A stretch of DNA of 64,000 nucleotides, from IMG/VR virus record IMGVR_UViG_3300029610_000240, one strand, 5' to 3'. This document shows, piece by piece, positions 60,989-64,000 of this stretch (positions are counted from its first letter, which is position 1; the number at the start of each line of letters is the position of its first letter). The position numbers and the translations under genes are program-made. The notes below the pieces were generated by a model that saw only the letters and a list, made by a program, of their open reading frames with translations, did not search any database and was not told where the DNA came from. Source of the stretch: a virus (taxonomy: Duplodnaviria > Heunggongvirae > Uroviricota > Caudoviricetes).

Positions 60989-61486
60989 ATGAAGAAATTA
61001 CTGATTATATATTATTCATGGTCAAATGGAAACACGGAAAGAATTGCAAAAATGCTGCAGAGTGAGACTGATAGCGATATTCTAAAAATAGATACCGTAG
61101 TTCCATATTCTGGCAGTTATGATGATGTGGTAAATCAGGGACAGAATGAAGTGCAGCGCGGATACGAACCTGAAATTAAACCGCTGGATATCAATATTGC
61201 AGATTATGATGTCATCGCAGTTGGGACACCTACATGGTGGTACACAATGGCTCCGGCTGTAAAAACATTTCTGCACCAACAGGATTTTACCGGAAAGACA
61301 GTAGTACCTTTTATGACAAATGGTGGCTGGCCAGGGCATGTAATAAAGGATATGAAAGTAGCCTGCAAAGGCGCAAATGTGGTTTGCGATATGCAGATAC
61401 AGTTTGATTCTACAGGTGGAAGTAATATGGAGACACCTCAGGAACAAATTAATGAATGGATACAGAGTGTGAAAAATCTTCTTTAA
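60989..61486 (+). CDS. flavodoxin-like protein
   Basis: ATG behind AGGAGGT. KKLLIIYYSWSNGNTERIA and GTPTWWYTMAPAV are the flavodoxin_4 pattern. Confidence 0.75.
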   Translation: MKKLLIIYYSWSNGNTERIAKMLQSETDSDILKIDTVVPYSGSYDDVVNQGQNEVQRGYEPEIKPLDINIADYDVIAVGTPTWWYTMAPAVKTFLHQQDFTGKTVVPFMTNGGWPGHVIKDMKVACKGANVVCDMQIQFDSTGGSNMETPQEQINEWIQSVKNLL

Positions 61487-61502
61487 ATTGTGGAGGAAGA
61501 AT

Positions 61503-61886
61503 ATGACAATAAAAGAAGTGTCAGAAAAATATGGTATTTCACAGGATACCCTTCGTTATTATGAGAGGGTTAATGTGATTCCTAAAGTTACAAGAACATC
61601 CGGAGGAATTCGGGATTACCAGGAAGAAGATCTTAGATGGGTTGAGCTTGCAGTATGCATGAGAAATGCAGGACTTCCCATAGAAAGTCTGATTGAATAT
61701 CAAAGGCTATTTAGGGCGGGAGATTCTACAATACCTGCGAGACTTGAGTTGTTGAATGAGCAGATGGATATTCTTCAGAAGCAAAAAGAGCAGATAGAGG
61801 AAACTATGGACAGGCTTTCTTATAAGATATCACGGTATGAAGAAGCAGTGAAAACAGGAAAACTGGTATGGACAAAGGAGGAATAG
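61503..61886 (+). CDS. MerR-family transcriptional regulator
   Basis: MTIKEVSEKYGISQDTLRYYERVNVIP HTH followed by a coiled-coil dimerisation helix. Confidence 0.85.
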   Translation: MTIKEVSEKYGISQDTLRYYERVNVIPKVTRTSGGIRDYQEEDLRWVELAVCMRNAGLPIESLIEYQRLFRAGDSTIPARLELLNEQMDILQKQKEQIEETMDRLSYKISRYEEAVKTGKLVWTKEE

Positions 61887-61891
61887 TACAA

Positions 61892-62398
61892 ATGGCAAAG
61901 CTGGTAGCATTTTATTCAAGAGCAGATGAAAATTATTTTGGCGGTTCCATGAAATATATTCAGATTGGCAATACTGAGAAAGCTGCAAAAATGATAGCTG
62001 ATATGACAGGAGCAGACCTTTTCAAAATCGAGCAAAAGATTCCCTATGCCGCTGATTATAATACCTGCATTGCACAGGCAAAAGAGGATAAACAGACAGG
62101 AAAACGACCAGAGATACTAAATCTGCCACAGGACATAGATCAATATGACGAGATTTATCTTGGATACCCGAATTACTGGGGAACCATGCCAATGGCTGTA
62201 TATACTTTTCTGGAAAGTTATGATTTTACAGGAAAGAAAATTCATCCATTCTGTACGCATGAAGGAAGCGGATTGTCAAATACGGAGAGTGATATTAAAA
62301 AAAGTGCAAAAGGTGCAGTGATTGAGAAAGGCATTGCGATACATGGAAGCGGCGTAGATCAAGCGAAAGATGTACTTGAAAGATGGATACAGAAATAG
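61892..62398 (+). CDS. flavodoxin-like protein
   Basis: ATG behind AAGGAGGA. YLGYPNYWGTMPMAVYTFLE. Paralogous in type to 60989..61486. Confidence 0.75.
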   Translation: MAKLVAFYSRADENYFGGSMKYIQIGNTEKAAKMIADMTGADLFKIEQKIPYAADYNTCIAQAKEDKQTGKRPEILNLPQDIDQYDEIYLGYPNYWGTMPMAVYTFLESYDFTGKKIHPFCTHEGSGLSNTESDIKKSAKGAVIEKGIAIHGSGVDQAKDVLERWIQK

Positions 62399-62964
62399 AG
62401 GTTAGAAAAATGGAATGCAAGGAAATACGTGTTGATGTAAGAACTGCGTCAATAAAAGAAAGTACAGAAGGGCAACGCCAGACAAAAATATTATTTCAGA
62501 TTAATCATACAATGCCTTTTACTGATGAATATAATCATTTATTAAAGGAATTGTTTGGAAATAACCTAGGAGATGGGAGTATGATATCACCACCGCTTAA
62601 TGGAGCATGTGTTGGAAGCGTAAAGATTGGCAGGAATGTATTTATCAATTCTAATCTTCTTGCAATGGCAAGAGGTGGAATAACGATTGAAGACAATGCT
62701 ATGATTGCTGCAAATGTACAGCTTATTTCCAATAATCATGATCCATATGATTTGTGTACTCTGACTTGTAAGCCTGTTCTGATAAGAGAATATGCCTGGG
62801 TAGGAGCTGGAGCTACGATACTTCCGGGAGTATGTATCGGAAGACACGCAATTGTGGGAGCTGGATCTGTAGTGACAAAGGATGTACCGGATTATGCAGT
62901 AGCAGTTGGAAATCCGGCAAAAGTAATAAAAATGCTTGATAAAGAAAAATTTCAGGAGGACTAA
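62383..62964 (+). CDS. hexapeptide-repeat O-acetyltransferase (maltose/galactoside acetyltransferase-like)
   Basis: Left-handed beta-helix repeats: IGRNVFINSN, ITIEDNAMIAANV, VGAGATILPGVCIGRHAIVGAGSVV. The start may be the Met at 62410. Confidence 0.75.
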   Translation: MDTEIEVRKMECKEIRVDVRTASIKESTEGQRQTKILFQINHTMPFTDEYNHLLKELFGNNLGDGSMISPPLNGACVGSVKIGRNVFINSNLLAMARGGITIEDNAMIAANVQLISNNHDPYDLCTLTCKPVLIREYAWVGAGATILPGVCIGRHAIVGAGSVVTKDVPDYAVAVGNPAKVIKMLDKEKFQED

Positions 62965-62968
62965 AAAG

Positions 62969-63808
62969 ATGGAAAATATGAAGTTGAATAACAATTTGGA
63001 ATGTCCAATGCTTGGACTAGGAACTTTTATGTTATCACCAGAGGATGCCTACACAAGTACATTAGAGGCATTAAAAATGGGATATTCCCTAATTGATACA
63101 GCAAATGCTTATGTAAATGAGCGTGCAGTTGGAAGAGCAATCAAGGATAGTGGAATTGACAGAAAAAATATATTTCTATCAACAAAAATATGGGCTAGTG
63201 AATATGAAAATGAGAATACTGTAGAAGAAACTCTAGAAAGACTTGGTGTTGATTATGTGGATTTACTTTATATACACCAGCCTGCAGGCAACTGGCTTGC
63301 CGGATACAGAATGCTTGAAAAAGCGTATAGAGAGGGCAAAGCAAAATCCATTGGTATCTCGAATTTTGAAGGAAAATATATGGAAGAGTTGGAAACAAAG
63401 TGGGAAATTGTACCTCAGTTTATTCAGGTGGAAGCACATCCATATTTCACACAGAAAGAAATGCGTGTAACTTTAGACAAATATGGAATTAAGCTTATGA
63501 GCTGGTATCCGCTGGGACATGGAGATACAGCATTAATGAATGAGTTGGTATTTGCAGGACTTGGCAAAAAATATGGAAAAACACCTGCACAGGTTATTCT
63601 CCGTTGGCATACTCAGATGGGATTTGTTGTAATTCCTGGAAGTAAAAATGCAGAACACATTAAGGACAATATGGATATCTTTGATTTTGCATTAACAGAT
63701 GAAGAAATGGAACAGATTGCAAAGCTGGACAAGAATGAAAGATATTATCACCGCACGGATGAACAGCTTGTACAGTTTGCAAACTGGAAACCAGAGTTTG
63801 AAAAATAA
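62969..63808 (+). CDS. aldo/keto reductase
   Basis: ATG behind AGGAGGA. LGLGTF, IDTANAYVNE, LSTKIW, YVDLLYIHQP and IPGSKNAEHIKDN. Confidence 0.85.
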   Translation: MENMKLNNNLECPMLGLGTFMLSPEDAYTSTLEALKMGYSLIDTANAYVNERAVGRAIKDSGIDRKNIFLSTKIWASEYENENTVEETLERLGVDYVDLLYIHQPAGNWLAGYRMLEKAYREGKAKSIGISNFEGKYMEELETKWEIVPQFIQVEAHPYFTQKEMRVTLDKYGIKLMSWYPLGHGDTALMNELVFAGLGKKYGKTPAQVILRWHTQMGFVVIPGSKNAEHIKDNMDIFDFALTDEEMEQIAKLDKNERYYHRTDEQLVQFANWKPEFEK

Positions 63809-64000
63809 TATGGAGAAAATAGTATGAGCAAAAATGATGTATGGCTTAATCAGTAAAATGGGGAAGTACGGAGCAACTGCTTCCATCTTTTTATCTAGAA
63901 GTAGCAGTAAGTAAATCCGAGTAAAATATGGTCAAAAAATCATCGACATCCGACCTACAGCACGTTATAATATAGTTAATCTAATAAGAAAACCAAGTGA

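Noticed and set aside
63949-63965. CCGACCTACAG, identical to the start of the IscB element's left-end hairpin, considered as another IscB element at the window edge
   Set aside because: Only 11 nt match, the hairpin partner is absent within the window, and the sequences diverge immediately afterwards.

Overview
AT-rich Firmicutes-type chromosome segment (LPXTG adhesin, strong GGAGG ribosome-binding sites), read by eye without alignment or folding tools, so RNA ends and family names are approximate. Left third (1-24.9 kb): surface and secreted proteins, a small defence cluster (AAA ATPase plus DUF4435-like partner, then a PstI/BsuBI-like type II R-M pair) and four IS200/IS605-type elements: a lone tnpA; an RHH + tnpA + 542-aa TnpB-like element; an IscB element with upstream omega-RNA; and a classic TnpB element. 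From about 25 kb to 59.1 kb lies an AT-rich island. It has an XRE switch (30.3-30.7 kb), an Xis plus Zn-ribbon tyrosine integrase (57.0-59.0 kb), many hypothetical genes and several secreted hydrolases; its left edge was not found. The main finding is a full-length 1312-aa Cas9 homologue (46127..50065). Its RuvC residues (SpCas9 D10, E762, H983) read T, K, A and its HNH His840 reads Y, while the guide- and DNA-binding motifs are intact. No cas1, cas2 or csn2 is present. Eight plus-strand guide modules and one decayed relic are scattered over 24 kb (32.7, 36.1, 43.7, 50.1, 51.0, 51.3, 53.8, 55.5, 56.1 kb). Each intact module is a 1-3 repeat mini-array whose last repeat runs directly into its own tracrRNA-like scaffold. 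Repeat and anti-repeat co-vary between modules, and the scaffolds lack U-tract terminators and sit in the 3' ends of protein operons. I read this as a possibly undescribed, non-adaptive, binding-only Cas9 system with genomically hard-wired single guides, carried by a mobile element. The right edge (59.2-64 kb) holds Big_2 proteins, a parA/parB/group II intron scar and a MerR-controlled flavodoxin/acetyltransferase/aldo-keto reductase cluster.
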